The notes below the pieces were generated by a model. That model was not told the DNA's origin, did no database searches, and worked only from the letters and a program-made list of their open reading frames with translations. From a virus (lineage: Duplodnaviria > Caudoviricetes): a stretch of 35,950 bases of DNA. This document shows, one piece after another, positions 35,468-35,950 of the stretch (position 1 is the stretch's first letter; every line of letters starts with the position of its first letter). The stretch lies in the IMG/VR virus record IMGVR_UViG_3300020045_002214, positions 1 to 35,950 of that record; one strand, 5' to 3'. Made by a program: the position numbers and the translations under genes.

Positions 35468-35950
35468 TAAGGTGTTTGTGGATGCGGCAGTGCCGGTAAC
35501 GTCATGGAACACATATAGTGCGATTCACTTAGAATTAAATAGTGAAAGCGATCCACAATTTACACCATCTCCATTACTTCAGATTAATCTTCAGAACATT
35601 TCATATTATTGCGCTGATGTAGCTGATATCGGCGGAACTTTCGATTTGAATGTTATTGATTTAGATACCGGTGAAACATTATATAACTCATCTGGTTTAG
35701 TTATTAATAATGAGTATTGGAACGATTACGAAATTAACGAATCGTTTGTAGCAAGCAATGTAAATCAGCAGCCGTTAAAACTTAGAATAGTTCTATCTCC
35801 TGCGGCTGCATATAGTACAACCTTAATACAACTACCTAATAAAATTCAGAACCCTCAGTGTTGCGGTGTGTTGGTACATGGTGCGGTTCAACCTGATGAT
35901 TCATTCAGTTATACGCCGGGCATCACTGCAACCTTCAACGTGACCTGCTC
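35211..35950 (+). CDS. Head-tail adaptor-like gene, allele B (runs off the right edge)
   Basis: MGCLNDYIGIRWCGG...INDLPGLS...RLKSLAQGVNLGKVFVDAAVPVTSWNTYSAIHLELNSESDPQFTPSPLLQ...GITATFNVTC; clear paralog of 34346-35136. Not in the ORF track. Confidence 0.85.
   Translation, partial: MGCLNDYIGIRWCGGSASAPSSLYINDLPGLSIKQFNSITDEENSTFLSVWNNIQSRAENRFALDVREAMGAKYRLKSLAQGVNLGKVFVDAAVPVTSWNTYSAIHLELNSESDPQFTPSPLLQINLQNISYYCADVADIGGTFDLNVIDLDTGETLYNSSGLVINNEYWNDYEINESFVASNVNQQPLKLRIVLSPAAAYSTTLIQLPNKIQNPQCCGVLVHGAVQPDDSFSYTPGITATFNVTC

Noticed and set aside
34620-35950. Diversity-generating retroelement TR/VR pair
   Set aside because: Differences involve all four bases, are often synonymous and include an indel; no reverse transcriptase in the window.
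1-35950. Stop-codon reassignment or tRNA genes
   Set aside because: Genes tile the window under code 11 with TAA, TAG and TGA all used as stops; no tRNA cloverleaf recognised by eye.

Overview
About 36 kb of a tailed (siphovirus-like) phage genome whose host is almost certainly in the Bacteroidota: it has TTTG-N19-21-TAnnTTTG promoters, no Shine-Dalgarno motifs and Gln-rule signal peptides. Block 1-10846 (minus strand) holds an SSB-like gene, glycosyltransferases, the terminase, a tail-assembly chaperone with a -1 frameshift, the tape measure and tail proteins. Block 11413-25173 (plus strand) holds early and replication genes: HTH proteins, HNH, ERF recombinase, a hypervariable small-ORF region, a PAPS-reductase-like protein, VRR-NUC, FkbM and C5 methyltransferases, and a primase-helicase. 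Block 25955-35136 (minus strand) holds neck and tail-tube genes, a beta-helix protein, a phosphoesterase and the lysis genes. No portal, complete capsid, integrase or reverse transcriptase gene is visible. The most notable non-coding features are: (i) a ~620-nt highly folded locus where the early and late operons converge (25305-25954), containing an inverted pair of dif/XerCD-like sites and a type I toxin-antitoxin-like module; (ii) a 215-bp dyad-symmetric element with paired IHF-like boxes centred on 11102; (iii) a duplicated A-B-C repeat scaffold carrying different gene payloads; (iv) an inverted, diverged second allele of the head-tail adaptor gene at the right end, which is either an invertible switch or an assembly fold-back; and (v) strong GATC enrichment in the core genome that is absent from swapped-in segments. 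All protein family calls come from motif recognition by eye, not from database searches.
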